Assembly (NCBI GenBank): GCA_050084985.1
Contig: JBITNC010000001.1
Span: forward strand, 139,376,001-139,440,000
DNA: 64,000 nt
From: Nageia nagi
Lineage: Eukaryota > Plantae > Pinophyta
Direction of reading: 5' to 3'
In this document: piece by piece, positions 1 through 13,058 of the stretch
Position numbering within the stretch: the stretch's first letter is position 1
Layout: every line of letters begins with the position of its first letter
Translations under genes and position numbers: made by a program
Notes under the pieces: model-generated
The model's database searches: none
Seen by the model: only the letters and a program-made list of their open reading frames with translations
Told to the model about the DNA's origin: nothing

Positions 1-193
1 GCCACGCCTCCCTGAGACCCACCTCCTTCCTTGTTCACTCCGCCTCTCCTCGCCCTCAGTCTTCTTGCTAACTCCGAAAACTTTCCCCCGGATAGAGAGA
101 AGCACTGGAGCATCGCTTCAGTTTGAGTCCAACAGAGTTGGGTGAAGGTGTTGAATTAGATAGAAGGCCTTTTGACCCTACCTTCTTCTCCAT
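1..193 (-). other. GC/CpG-rich island at window edge, with a 41-aa minus-strand ORF (193..68); probable 5' region of a gene lying left of the window
   Basis: Much higher GC than the flanks, with several intact CpGs. Minus strand reads aaaaATG GAG AAG... = MEKKVGSKGLLSNSTPSPNSVGLKLKRCSSASLYPGESFRS*. No homology recognised. Confidence 0.35.
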
Positions 194-1781
194 TTTTTTT
201 TAATAAAATAAATTAGTCACTCATCTAAAATTTAATGCTAAAAGGTTTCTTTCAACTTTAATTGAGTGTTCTTCCTCCTTTCCTCGTAAATGTGTGAAAA
301 TATGGTAAATTTAATTTACTTCATTATTTTATCTTATTGTAAAAGGCAAGTTAAATAGAGTATAGGCTCATAATTAATGAGCACATGGAGATTTATGAGG
401 ACATTTTTTTTTAATTTTGGAGGATTTAATTTTTTTCTTTTTAAATATATAATTTTTGGCAATGCATTTTTTAAAGTAAGAAAGGGGGAAATGCAAGTTT
501 TTTACTTAAAATAGGATTAATTTTTTTCCTATAAAAGTATAAATACCTATTGCTTAGAACATTAAATGTGCAGTTATATATTTTTAAGAAATTTTTTTAG
601 AGAAGTAAATTTTTTTACTATGATAAAATTACAAGGGAGTGATAATTTTGGAAGTATTTTTTTTTTAGTGTTAATTTTTTTCTCTAAAGTCAAATTGCAA
701 AGGGGATGTTTAATATTTTTGCTATGGTACAATGTGGCATTTTTTTTCTTTAATTGTAAAGGTAAAATTGCTAAAGAAAGATGGATTTTTTTAGCATTAA
801 ATAAGAGAATGTTTTTGTGCTAAAGTTTTTTTTTTGCAATAAGAAGATTTTTTTTAATTTTTTTAAGTATAAAGAGAGGCTTATATTTTTTTTTAACTTA
901 AATATAGTGAACTTATGCAAAATTATGGGTGGACTTGTGCAAATTATAGAACTTATGTAAAAAGATCCTTTTAGAGTTAATAACAAAATCCATTAGACTC
1001 TTAGGTTTCAATTATTGTTGGATGATGTATCATTTATTTTACGCACTTTACTTTATGTTATGTACCTTTGCTTTATCTTTACAAAATTGCAAATATTGAA
1101 AGTTAACCTCCTAAAATGAGCACATCCACATGTATATTCTACAATATGACTTGTTTGAAGAGCCACGAGATGAGGACAAAGTAGGCTAGAGCTTTCAGTT
1201 CGATGATCCAAATGGTGAAAGGTTTGTACTTTTTAATTTTTTTTAAGTTCTATGTTAGTTTAGACATACCTCCATGTAAGTGGACAAATATATGTGTAGT
1301 GATACTACATGTCTGCACGTCTATTCAAAGATTATCTTGATAACTTAGGAGGATAATTTAAAACTTAATTAAGATAATAATTTGATCGATCCAACATACG
1401 TCATAACTTTATAAAATAATTAGTACTCCTCTTTTTATGAAAGTATATTACTGATCAAGACAAATTGGTTGAAGATTTTAGATAAGAAAATATGCTTTAA
1501 CTTTATCCCTCTTGACAATTATGGTATTTGATTATGATAAAATGTTAAATGTATGGGATTTATTATGAGATTCTATTGTAAACCTTTGCACATGTGAATT
1601 TTGTTAAGCAACTTAAACATATCCTTTTGATTATCCTTGATCAAAATTTATCATGTAAATGTATAGTTGATTAATTTGAACAAATCTAAACTTGTATGAA
1701 TGATTAAACTCAACATGTAAAGTTGATTAATTTGATTCACATGCTTACATTGGTTAACACTTTCAACTTCTTTTGTAGCAA

Positions 1782-4700
1782 ATGGAAGAGACTTTATCCA
1801 AGCACATTTTCAATGGTTCCAACTATGGTATTTAAGAACCTCAGATAAAAATTGAATTGTAGGCAAAGAAATTATGGCAGATAGTTAATGAGAACCTAGT
1901 TGCTCCTACATATGAGAAGGCACTTGAGGCTTACAACATAAAGAGTGAGTTGGCAACCTTTATGATTTTTTGTATAATATTAGATGAAGTGCCTCTTATG
2001 ATCTTTTCATCAACCCTTACAAAGAAAGCTTAGGATAAGCTTAAAAAAATTTACATAGGGTCTAAATTTTTAAAAAGGCTCACCATTCTCCAATAGTTGC
2101 TTCAATCTCGTCAAAGAAAAGATGAAAAATGTTACCATTTATTTGAATAAGATCATTGACCTTAGGATCTAACCTATTGGTTGTGGCTATAATTGGATAA
2201 TGATGAGTTCATGGTCATCATTTTGCAAATTTTTTTTTGAAAGTTTGATAACTTTGTGATAGTTATTAAGACTAAGCTTAATGAAGAAGAAGAAGTCTTC
2301 TCTCTTAAGAACCTTTCAAGGCTCTTGTTGAATCATAAGGAAACTCTTAAAAAAAAGATGTTGATTTTTTCTTCAAAGGATAATAACATTATTCTAGGAG
2401 AAACCAAAACTTTTTTTAAGAAGAAGTTCAAGCATTAAAAGAAGTCTTTTCTTACTACCTTCAAGAAGTTTGAAAAGAAGGAAAATAACAACTACAAGCA
2501 GAGAGATGGAAAGGGTAAAGAAAACAAACTCAATCCCATGGTAAAATTCGATAAAAATTATAACTTTTGTGATGACTATGATCATAAAGAATTTGATTGC
2601 TACAAAAAAAAAGTGAAGAAAAAAATAAAAGAAATAAAAATGTGAAAAAATTCAAAGAAAAAAAGAAGATTAAAGTTGATTTTGTTTCTTATTTTTACTC
2701 TATGAATCACACTTTCTCAACTAATTGGATTGTTGACTCTAAGTGCATTAATCACTTATGCTTTAAAAATGATAAGTTTAAAAATTTTTCATAAGTATAA
2801 AAAGGATGTAGCTGTGATATGTGATACTTCAATCTTTGAACTTCAACACATTGAGAGTGTGTTGATTCAAAATTCTTTAAAAATGTGTTCTATGTGCCTA
2901 AGCTCTAAATGAATCTTCTTTTTATAATTCATGTTGTAAAGAAATGATACTCATTTTAGTTCAACTCACACTCTTTATGCATTAAGAAGGGACTTGCCAC
3001 TTTGGTAAAAGGATACATGAAAGATAATATCTACATTATAGACTAAATTTCAACAAAGTTATGATTTACTTCAAATGTATGCTCTAAGGGTAATCTTTTA
3101 CATCAACATTTAGGGTACCTTAACCATAAAAGTATTCAAATCATGAAAGACCAAGAACTTATAGAAGGTTTACCTTTAATTTCACCCATAATTGGTCTAT
3201 GTGAGAAGTGCATCTTAGGTAAGATGAATATATAGAGATTTAAAAAAGATAAGGCAACAAGGGTAACCCAACCTCTTTAGCTTGTACATTTAGATTTGAT
3301 GGGTCTTATACTAAGTCACTTGAGGAAGCATCTTATGTTTGGACTTCATCGATGACTTCAGTAGGATAACATTTGGTTATCTACTTGAGCATAAGGGTCA
3401 AAACTTTGATAGGTTTAAATATTTTAAGATTTTAGTTAAAAATCAAATTGACTTTAATACCAAGATGTTGAGATCTGATAATGGAGGTGAGTTACTATAA
3501 TAAGTTTAATGAATATTATGCTAAGTATTAGATCGAAAGGTAGTTTATGATTCTTTAGACTCTTCAGTAACACAATGTTATTGAAAGAAAAAATAAAAAA
3601 ATTATGGAGATGACTAGATGCATGTTGGAAAATCTTTCTAATTTCTTGTGAGATGAAGTTATGAGCACTGCAATTTACACCTTCAATAGGTATCTCACAA
3701 ATGTTATTGAAGGTAAAACTTTTTTTGAGAAATGAAAATGAAATAAACTTAACATATCTCACTTTAAAGTATTTGGTTGTGAAGTATACTCCTACATTTT
3801 TTCTAAAAAAAAAGAAAAGTTTAGATAAAAGAACTTAAAAATTCAGGTTTATAGGTTATGAAATTCAACATAGAAGCTACAAGCTCTACTCTCCATCCTA
3901 TAAAGTAGTGTTCATATCAAGGGATGTAAATTTTAATGAAATTCTTAAATAATCTACTTCTAATAAGGATAATGATGATCTAGATAACTCTTCAATTGCA
4001 CCTAATTGGTTGGATATCGATGTAGATAAGTCATCCTAGGAGCAAAATTTTCCAACTCAAAGGATAACAAGAAGTATGATGTTGAACAAATATTTATTTA
4101 CAAAAATTGATTATAAAAATGAGCCCTTATCATTGAAAGAAGCTTCAAAGCATGAGTGATGGATAGAAGCCATGAAAGTGGAGTATGAGGTGCTCATGAA
4201 AAATGAAACTTGGAACTTGATTTTTTATCTCAATGAGAGGAATGCGATTAGAAATAAATGTATCTATAAGATTAAATATAATTAAGTTAGGGATATTGAT
4301 TAATATAAGATAAAGTTAGTATCTAAAGGTTTTATTTAAAAATACAGAGTTGATTATGAGAAAACCTTTACTCCCATAACAAAGATACCTATAATTAGGA
4401 TAATTTTTACTCTTTTAGTAACTTAAAGATGGAATTTTTTTCAACTCAATCTCAAAAATCCATTTCTCAATGGTGACTTAGATGTGAAAATTTACATGAA
4501 TCAACTAGAAGGGTTTGTTATGGAAAGAAAAAAATTATTTGTGTGCAAGCTAAAGAAGTCATTATATGGACTTAAGCAAGCACTTAGAGCTTGGTACAAG
4601 AAGATTTTAGGTTACTTTACAAATATTAGATTCTCTAAGTGCTTTTTTTGAATTTGATATATATGTGCTCAATCAAGGAAAAGATGTGATCTTAATTCAT

Positions 4701-6016
4701 CTTTACATGGATGATCTTTTGATCATTGAAAATAATGATAAAATCATCTAAGATTGCATATCTAAACTTAAAGTAACATTTGAAATAACTGATCTTGATC
4801 TCTTATACTACTACCTTAGAATACAAATATACCAATACAAGTATTATAATTATTTTAGTTAATCTAAGTATATATCAGACATCTTATAAAAGTTTGGAAT
4901 GGAGAAGTGCAAATCTGCTATGATCCTAGTCTCTAATGGAATCACTTTATCTCTTAGATCCAACTCTCAGTTGGTAGATGCTATAGCTTATAAGAAATTA
5001 ATTGGCAATCTTTTTTATTTTACTATTTTTAGGTCATATATTACCTTTGCAGTGAATCTAATGGCATGGTTTATGTAGAAATTATATGTTGAGCTTATCA
5101 ATATTGTTAAGTAAATCTTGAGATATGTTGTAGAGATGAAGGATTTTGCTCTCAAGTATTTCAAGATGCCCTCATTTATTCTCTTAAGGTTATCAAATTC
5201 TAACTAAGGGGAGATAGAGATATAATAAATCATCCTCTGTATATATGTTTAGCATTAGTTTAGATACTTTCTCTAAAACTTTCAAGAAGTAGCCTACTAT
5301 TTTTCTTTCCACCATGGAAGTCAAATATCGAGCCATGTCTATTGCAACCCAAGAATTTATTTCAATTAAGCATATTCTAAAACAAATTGGGTATGAGGAA
5401 GCTCACCTATATCATATTTCTTCACATAACCAATCGATTATTTTTTTGGTTAAGAATCCTATTTTTTATCAAAGAACAAAATATGTAAAAATTCAAACCC
5501 ACTTCATCAGGGAGAAGGTTCTAGATGGCATCATACACTTGTAGTATTGTCCATCTACCTTGAACTTTATTGATTTGATCACCAAGACCATTCTTGAAGC
5601 TCAATTCAATAAGATTAAGAAGTATATCAAGTTAGTGAAGTTACTGTAAAAGGGGAGTGAAGTTTGAATTCTTATAATGGATTCATGTTTATGATGATAA
5701 TTTCACTCTTAGAAGGATTTTTAGCTATATAGTGTTGATTTATGTATGTAATTTTTTTGGTTAGTTCTCTTTGTGTGATGAACTATTTGTACACCTTGAG
5801 CATATAATAGACCATCGTTAGCACTATTTAGTTATCTATGTGGGAGGAACTTATATGTGCATATGATGGATTTTTTTTCACTATTCAGTTATCCATATGT
5901 GAGAAACTCATATGTGTCTTTTGGCACTATTCAATTATCCATATGTGAGGAACTTCTATGTGCATTTTATCATGCTCTATTTATTATAATAATCAACACA
6001 TATTTTATATACAACA
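1782..6016 (+). mobile_element. Degenerate Ty1/copia LTR retrotransposon (gag-PR-INT-RT-RH, 3' LTR; 5' LTR not found)
   Basis: Motifs in copia order through many stops and frameshifts: gag MEE..FNGSNY..LWQIV (1782), decayed CCHC knuckle (~2560-2600), protease WIVDSKCINHLC (~2725), CEKCILGK (~3200), integrase LVHLDLMG/IDDFSR/LRSDNGG/HFKVFGC (3280-3780), RT WIEAMKVEY/LKKSLYGLKQA/LYMDDL (4160-4720), RNase H RTKYVKIQTHFIREKV (~5475-5520). PPT aaaaggggag at 5648-5657, then TG at 5658. Confidence 0.93.
5821..5964 (+). repeat. Three imperfect ~40-bp direct repeats in the U3 part of the copia 3' LTR
   Basis: Consensus gcactattcagttatccatatgtgaggaactcatatgtgc at ~5821, ~5878 and ~5924. Confidence 0.8.
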
Positions 6017-8453
6017 GGTGACTATGAGTATTAGCTTGGCATCTCATGATGACTTATAGTGCACCATTTATCACTTTTTGGATGGTATTACTCTATTCAT
6101 TTATCTTTATTGATATGAATATGTACATGATACATCCAATTGATTTTATTTTTTGAGCTACCTGTAGCTTGTAAATTTCATCTTAAGATTGCAGGTTTTT
6201 TTACTTTAGATGTACAAGCTTATGGAGGCTCATCATGTCAAATTCTGATTGGATGACTACTTTATGTACATTGAAATCAATTATGGTTAATAATTGTATT
6301 ATAAACCATATGTTAGAAAGGTAAAGTAGTAAGTTTCAAACTAAGATCTTGCTTACTTCATAAAGATGTAAAAGTTTTCATCTTCAATTGTATTTGTATG
6401 GAGGAGAACTCTATTACTCTCTCTTTCTTATCTCTTATTCATTCTATCCCAATATTGCATTAAGAGGAAGTTTTGGAATGCATAATGCATTATTATAAGG
6501 TTTTGTAATGTTATTGTTTGTAAATTCATCAATACTTAAAGGTATCACTAAATACCTTAAGTATTTAAGTGAATATGATAATGTAAATTATCCTACACTC
6601 CTAATGAGCATGCCCCTTGGGTAAAGGATGGAGCATGTCATGTCTTTGTATAATGGTTAAAAGGGTGATCCAAGGGAGGCTTTTTGCCTATAAGTAGAAG
6701 GCCCTCTTCTTATGATCACTTACCAAAAGTTGAAAAATGTTATGCTCTAGGATTAGTATTAGAAGAGGAAGAAAGAGGTATTTTAAGAAAGTTGTATTTG
6801 TGAATGAGAAAAATCTTAGTTAGTAGATGTAATCCCATTTTGGAGGAACCACTTATATCTTGTATCAATTTGTGAGATTATTTATGCTTTGATTATTGAT
6901 GTTTGAGTGAGATTTCAAGTGATTTTGGTAGATTAGGATTGTATTATTTAAGATTTAAATCTTTCATGAATTGTATATTGACATGCTAAAAGAATGGATA
7001 AAAAGATTTTAGGGAGAGGGTATGCACTTAGCAAGGTATGTGATGAAACTTTTTATAAGATGATGTAATTATTGTGGCCAAAATGGCCAAAGATCTAAAA
7101 GATCACCTTTGAGTTCTAGAAATTTTTTGTATGAAAGTTGGGATGCAAGTGAACATAAGAAAAACACAAATCATGATTTTTTCAATGAATAAAAGAAGCA
7201 ACAATTTGAATTTTAGATTTTTGGAGAACCTCTAAAGGCAATGAAAGAATACAAATACCTAGGTATAGACTTACATAACAAAATCACTTGGAATACATGT
7301 AGGATGAAAAGAACAAAAAGTGGTTGGAGAGCTCTTTATGCACTTCAAAATAGGTGCATGAATGCTGAGTTGTGGGGTTGGAAGATCACCAAGGACTTAT
7401 TTTGCCTACTTGTTACACCAATTTTGTTGTATGGCTATAAAATATGGGCTAGTGGAACGACAAATACAAAATGAAGACAAATAGAAAGGATTCAAAAATG
7501 TCTAATCATAAATTTGATCAAAATTAAGGCCACAACACCCTATGAAATCATTCTAGCTAAAGTTGGAATGTTCCCTTTAGAAGCAACTATTATGAATAAA
7601 CTGTTATGCTACTTGAAAAAAAATAGAAATCATGAAAAACAACAAATGGCCTAGAGTAGCTAGGGATGAAGAACTACATAGGTGGAAGAGCACATGGATA
7701 AAATAAAATTAGAAATGGATTCAATGCTAGGAAATCAATATAAATGAATGCCCAAACTTTAATAAAGATATCAAGTAATATGTAAATGAAAAATTTAGAA
7801 GGGGAATATGGAAAAATGCAACCAGGAAAAGAGAATACTACATTGCAAAGTTTAACCCAACATATGAACACAAAGAAAAATGTTATATAAGAGCTAAAAT
7901 CAAACGGCAAGAGAAAATTCTAATTGCCCAAATAAGGATAAGCTCTAATAGGCTTAGATGTGAAACAAGGAGACAAACTACATCCAAAGAGTAATGGGAG
8001 GAAATGATATGTATGTTATGTAGCAGAGAGGTAGTAGAGACAAAGGAACACTTCATTTATACATGTTTGAGTTTTTCAGATATTCATGAAAAATATAAAG
8101 AAACACTTGGAAAGGGTTATATGATAGAGCTATTTGAAGAGGGTAAAATAAAAGAAGTTGACAAGTTATTAATACAAATTAGTAGAAGAGGGAATAACAT
8201 GCTTAAAAATTTAAGTTGAGGGTCCCATAGACCATGTTTGAGTGTCATGGACATAATTAAAATCTTTCATTTCATTTCAAAAGTCAAGTCTTCCAAATTG
8301 GACCAAAAGAATTTCCAAGGGCATTCTATGCTCTTTATCAAAATCTTAATTTTATTCTATCATTTATGTGTTTTTTAATTGTGTAATATTTATTTATTTT
8401 TATTTGATATTTTAGGGTAAAATCCTTCATTTCCTTAGAAAATTTTATTTACA
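6017..8453 (+). mobile_element. Second copia remnant (RT scrap, PPT-like tract and LTR) interrupted by a LINE
   Basis: DMNMYMIHPIDF (~6112-6147) resembles RT EIYMxQPxGF. A purine tract taagaggaag (6461-6470) is followed by LTR-like sequence with a TATA-like ctataagtag (~6688). Right boundary uncertain. Confidence 0.4.
6968..8259 (+). mobile_element. 5'-truncated non-LTR retrotransposon (RTEX/L2-like RT C-terminal half plus C-terminal zinc motif)
   Basis: LYIDMLKEW (6971), xDDVIIVA (~7058), VNIRKTQIMIF, EYKYLGIDL, LVTPILLYGYKIW, QIERIQK, IRISSNRLRCET..CMLC..VETKEHFIYTC. Stop at 8219. Flanked by an 11-bp direct repeat aaatctttcat (6957-6967 and 8260-8270) followed by tttca repeats. Confidence 0.88.
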
Positions 8454-9597
8454 TTTTTTTTTTTAGTATTTTTAGTATTGGCAGCTTTATAGTAACTAGC
8501 CTTGTGGACTAGAGTTTTGTAACAATGGATTGTATGATAATGATGTCTATAAGATAGTTTGCATTTAGGTAATGGATTGATGAAGGGAGTAAGAGAAATC
8601 TTTGTAGGTATTTTTGGAGAAATTTTAGGTGCATATTTTATCTTGTAGTGTGGTGAAAATATTTGTGTTATAAACAAGATTGAAAAAAATAGAAATATTT
8701 CTATTGCCATCTAATTTAATAAACTCTCCTCATAAGAGGATTTTTAGTTGGTAGTGCAAAGAGTCCCTCCCTTCAACATACTCCTTAAACAAGTTTAACG
8801 TAAAACTAAACATAACAATATATGAAAAATATAACAATTGGAAAGAATTAATTTCTTTAGAAATTGTAATATCTTTCCAAAATAGAATGTATTTGTGAAT
8901 ATGAATGTATGCATTAAATTATCAATAAAAAAATCCATATTAACATCTAAATTTGGTAAGTGATGTAAAAGAAGGTTCCAATAAAAAATCCATCTTAAAT
9001 GATTCTAAATAAAGCTTAAGTATAATGTAAGATATTTTCATTGATGCTTACCTATATCAAATTTCATATCTTACCCACAACTATCAATTGATGAAGATAT
9101 TTGATTCATTAGTAACCCAAAAAAGAATTCATATTAGGGACATGGAAAAATGAGTGTCGAAATATCTCAAATGTGGGATCCCCAAGTTCAAATCACCCCT
9201 TTACATATTTGGATAATGCAAAATGAAGTTTTCAAAATTTAAAGAGCATACCAAAAAAAAGAAAAATAACCCATCAAAGATGATTTTAACAAACATCTTA
9301 TATAAATAAATACATCAATTGTGATAACATCACAATGATAGAAACTAGAAAAAAATGAAATAAAAGAATAAAATATTTAAATTCATCCATCATTATCTCG
9401 TCTCATCATCAATCTAATCTCTTTACTAATTTGTAAAAATTTTAGATTAATCTTTTTTTCTCTCTCTCTTTAATTCTTATCTCCATGAATAAACTTTTTA
9501 TCAATTTAAATTCCTTGAATAACTATTATTTTTTATATTTTAACATTTTTATTCTCTTATTTATCTTTTTAACAAGATTTTGATTCAATAATAGTTA

Positions 9598-9797
9598 GGG
9601 GTATTAGACTTTGCTACCTTTTCCACCTCTTCCCCCCCCTTCATGATAAGATAGGAAGTCAGACTTTTCTTTCCCCTCCCATTTAAATCTATTATTTATT
9701 GATGACCTAACCCATAATAAAGTTTGATCTACTATCCTGACACTTAAGGTTTCAATTTATCTTATTTATTGATGGGAAGTAGGAAAGTCTGATCCCG
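9598..9797. repeat. ~200-bp segment with imperfect terminal inverted repeats (MITE-like); duplicated at ~13600-13800
   Basis: Left gggtattagactttgctacc versus the reverse complement of right gggaagtaggaaagtctgatccc. An internal third tcagacttt copy sits at ~9659. No clear TSD. Confidence 0.3.
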
Positions 9798-10323
9798 ATT
9801 CCTATTATTTATATCCTCAATTGAGACTCCTCTAGCTTAGTAGATGGGTGGTTAAACTTATTATTTTTTTTACATCCAACTTTTAGGTTTTGTCATCATT
9901 ATGACATGATATTTTTGTATATCAAATTTCAAGTCTTATACTTTTATATTATATGATTTAATATGTATAATATGTAAATCAATATATAATAAAATTGGCA
10001 AAAATATTATCTTTAAAATATTAAAAATTAATATATATAAAATATTTAAAACATATGCTATAAATACCAAATATTATTCCATTAAATTAACAAATCAATG
10101 CAAAGGGTTTGTGAGTGAAATGTAACAAAAGTGTGAGCATGATGTAATAGAAGGGCAAGCACAAAGTAGAAGAAGTACAGATGAATTATTTCAAAAGCAT
10201 GATAGGTTGTTATTAAGCAAATTATAGCTTAGCAAAGTTGTAATCTTTTCAAAATGTAGTCAAATGATATTCAAAATATGATAAATAAATCAAGATTATG
10301 ACTTGATCCAAAGCCCCCAAGGA

Positions 10324-11938
10324 ATGGAAAAATATGTTGATGCAAGAAAAGCCATTCATAGAGGAGGAAATCTATATGGTACTAAAGCTTGAATTCTCTA
10401 ATGATGAGGTTAGTATTTTGATTCCGAAAAGTATAACAAAGAAGGAAGAGGAGGGGCTAAAAGCAACCCTTTTTAGTCACTTTGTGGGGGTATGACCTCC
10501 TCTAGTTATGATTTAAAGTTAGTTGAAAGCAAGATGGAGTACAAAAGGATGGGTATCCCTAGTTACTCTTCCAAGAGAATTTCTATTATTCAAATTTTAG
10601 TTTGATGAAGATCTCCAAAAGTGATAGAGATTTATCCATGATTTCTTGGGAAGAAAGGATTAATCATCAATCAATGGGAGAAAACTTTCTCCCCTAAAAA
10701 TGAAAATTTCAACCTCAATCCAAAATGGGTCTCACTACCCTAACTTCACCCATCTTGTTGGCAACCATGTGCAATAGCTGAAATTGCAAAAGCAATTGGG
10801 TCCCTTTTCATAATTAAGTGATCAACAAGATTAAAAATTAGGTTTATAGATGCAAGATTTGTGGTTAATTTAGATATTTCCAAAGCTATGATGAAGAAGA
10901 TAAAATTAAAAATAGATGATGGAAGAGAATGGATCCAAGCAATTGTATATGAAAATATACTAGTACAATGCAAAATTTGTAAGAGTTATGAGCACTATAC
11001 AAAGGATTGCCTAGAAAAGAAGAGGAGAAATGAAAAAAGGAGAGAAAAAGAAAAAAAATGAAAAGGATTCTCAAGATAAAAAAAAGAGCATAGGTGGAAA
11101 TCATCTCAAAAATAAAAAATAAGAAAAAATTAAAAGAATAAAATCAAAACGTAGACAAACCAAATCACATAAAAAAAATATCAACTTCAAAAGAAGTATA
11201 ATAGAAGATATCAACCACAACAAACCAATATGTAGAGCTATTGATTTTAGAATGAATAGAAAAAGAAGAAATGAATTATAATACATATTTTTTAGAAGAT
11301 AAGACAACACATATGGAAGTTATGGAAGGGGAAGATGGAGAAATAATAATAAGGGTGAAAAAAAAAGTGAGGAATGCAGATAGTCAAGCAACAACAACAT
11401 GAAAAGAAGAAGGCAAAGATGGAATCCCATCAAGAAATATACTAAACTCTAGAAAAATAGCAAATGTTGGATCAAGATATCTAGGAAGACCATCCTAAGG
11501 AGAGACTAGAGTGAAACTCATTGAACATGATATAATGAATGGAAAAAAATTAACTCTACATCAAATTAATAAATCTCAGTCCACCTTTGGGCTGAATAAA
11601 GGATTTCTTAACTAGAATATTATAACAATAAAGAGGCATTTGGGTTGTATCTTAGATGTGATTCAAATGTATTTTGATCGTAGTTTGATGATTTTCTATT
11701 AATACAATTTGTATAGTAGGTTGCATTAGGGTTGCCAACAGGTTATAGCTGGGTAGCTTCTAAACTTATTTTGTTAATAGTTTTTTTTTTTTTTACAAAT
11801 TTTAGTAGCTACCACCAAGTATAGTTGGGTAGCAGTTTCCTATTTTGAAAAACATTTTGTGATTGATTGTTTTGGGGTCCGAACAAAATCCCTCACCACT
11901 TTTGATAATATAATTTACCATTATTATCAAATTAATAA
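10324..11938 (+). mobile_element. L1-like LINE remnant: ORF1 (DUF4283/RRM plus CCHC knuckle) with ORF2 essentially deleted
   Basis: LFSHFVG..W..KG..FLLFKF..EDLQKV..P*FLG..W..NFSP..PKWVSLP*L..W..IAKAIG..ARFVVNLDISK..QAIVYE..CKICKSYEHYTKDC, then a K/R-rich tract and GRPS..NGK end (~11485-11560). Only a trace of the ORF2 start (xWNI-like, ~11605) precedes a T-rich 3' UTR and an A-rich end. Confidence 0.85.
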
Positions 11939-12666
11939 ATCAATGCTCATAAAATGAAGAAGAAATCATGCCAAAAAGAAGTTAAAAATGTGATATGTTA
12001 AGGCTTTTGGTTTATAATAAGATTTATTGCTCATATGAATATCCACATGCTTGTCATTTTAACTATGAGAAAAATATTATTTACAAATAGTTGACTTAAG
12101 CTATCATTAAAAGTTTCATTAAATTTTAAAATTATTTCATTTTAATTAAGATTCAATATCAAAGTTGATTATTTTTGGCAAAAGGAAGTTGTTTAAACTA
12201 TTAATTAATATTATAACTTCACTATATAAAAAATATTATAGTATAAATTTAAAATAAATTTTTCCATAACATATTACTTAATCAATTCTAAAGCTTTATC
12301 ATAATTGGAAGAATACATTACTGAGAAATTTTATTTGATTTTTAATAAACTCTTATTATTATAATAGATATACTATATAAAAATTGATTAAATAATAACA
12401 TTTAATTAATTAATACAATATATTATGATAATGATCAAAATAAAATAGATAAATATGAAATACAATTGAAAGGTGTGAGAATTTGTATGTGTTTAATAAT
12501 AATGTATGTTAATTTTAATCTTGATATTTGATTATTTAATTTTTTTATATCCTTTTCCATCTTGATATGTAATCTTACAATAATGAGTTTAAATGTTAGA
12601 GATCCCCTGAATTAGATAGACAATTGCAAGACAAAGATGTAGATAATTTGAGAAAGATGTGACAAA

Positions 12667-12791
12667 CCTTCCTAAAATATTTTTAATGACTTGTCTAAGC
12701 ATTGTAGTGATCTTCTAGCATTGTTGTTCTGGGCCTTCCTAAACTATTTTAATAGTTTTTCTAAGCATTGTAGTGATTTTATAGCATTGTT
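12667..12791 (+). repeat. Two ~67-bp tandem repeats (also at ~15161-15280)
   Basis: ccttcctaaa...tctaagcattgtagtgat...tagcattgtt occurs twice. Confidence 0.75.
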
Positions 12792-13058
12792 TTGAAGTAT
12801 TTACAATGGCAAAAAAACATTACAATAATCTACAAAATCTTTTAGTGGATTATGAGTCTACATAGATTGATATGTATCATATCCAACTATCCTTTTTCTA
12901 TATGAGTGTTCAACTTATAATACACTTAGTGTTGTTATCCTTGCCAAATTGCTTGATCATATTAGTATTTTTGTGAAATGTTAGGTGAACCTAATACTAT
13001 TATGTGCTTACTCAATTGAAGTAAGTATCTTAAAATTACAGGATTATATCTCTTATGC

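Larger units (their letters stand above)
9028..13058 (+). repeat. Head-to-tail tandem segmental duplication, copy 1 (~4.0 kb)
   Basis: 9028-10645 aligns to 13059-14648, and 12155-13058 aligns to 14649-15551. Confidence 0.95.

Noticed and set aside
566-986. Short ORFs in A/T-run DNA
   Set aside because: Low-complexity F/K composition with no motifs.
960-1781. 5' LTR and PBS of the first copia
   Set aside because: No match to the 5658-6016 LTR and no convincing tggtatcagagc.
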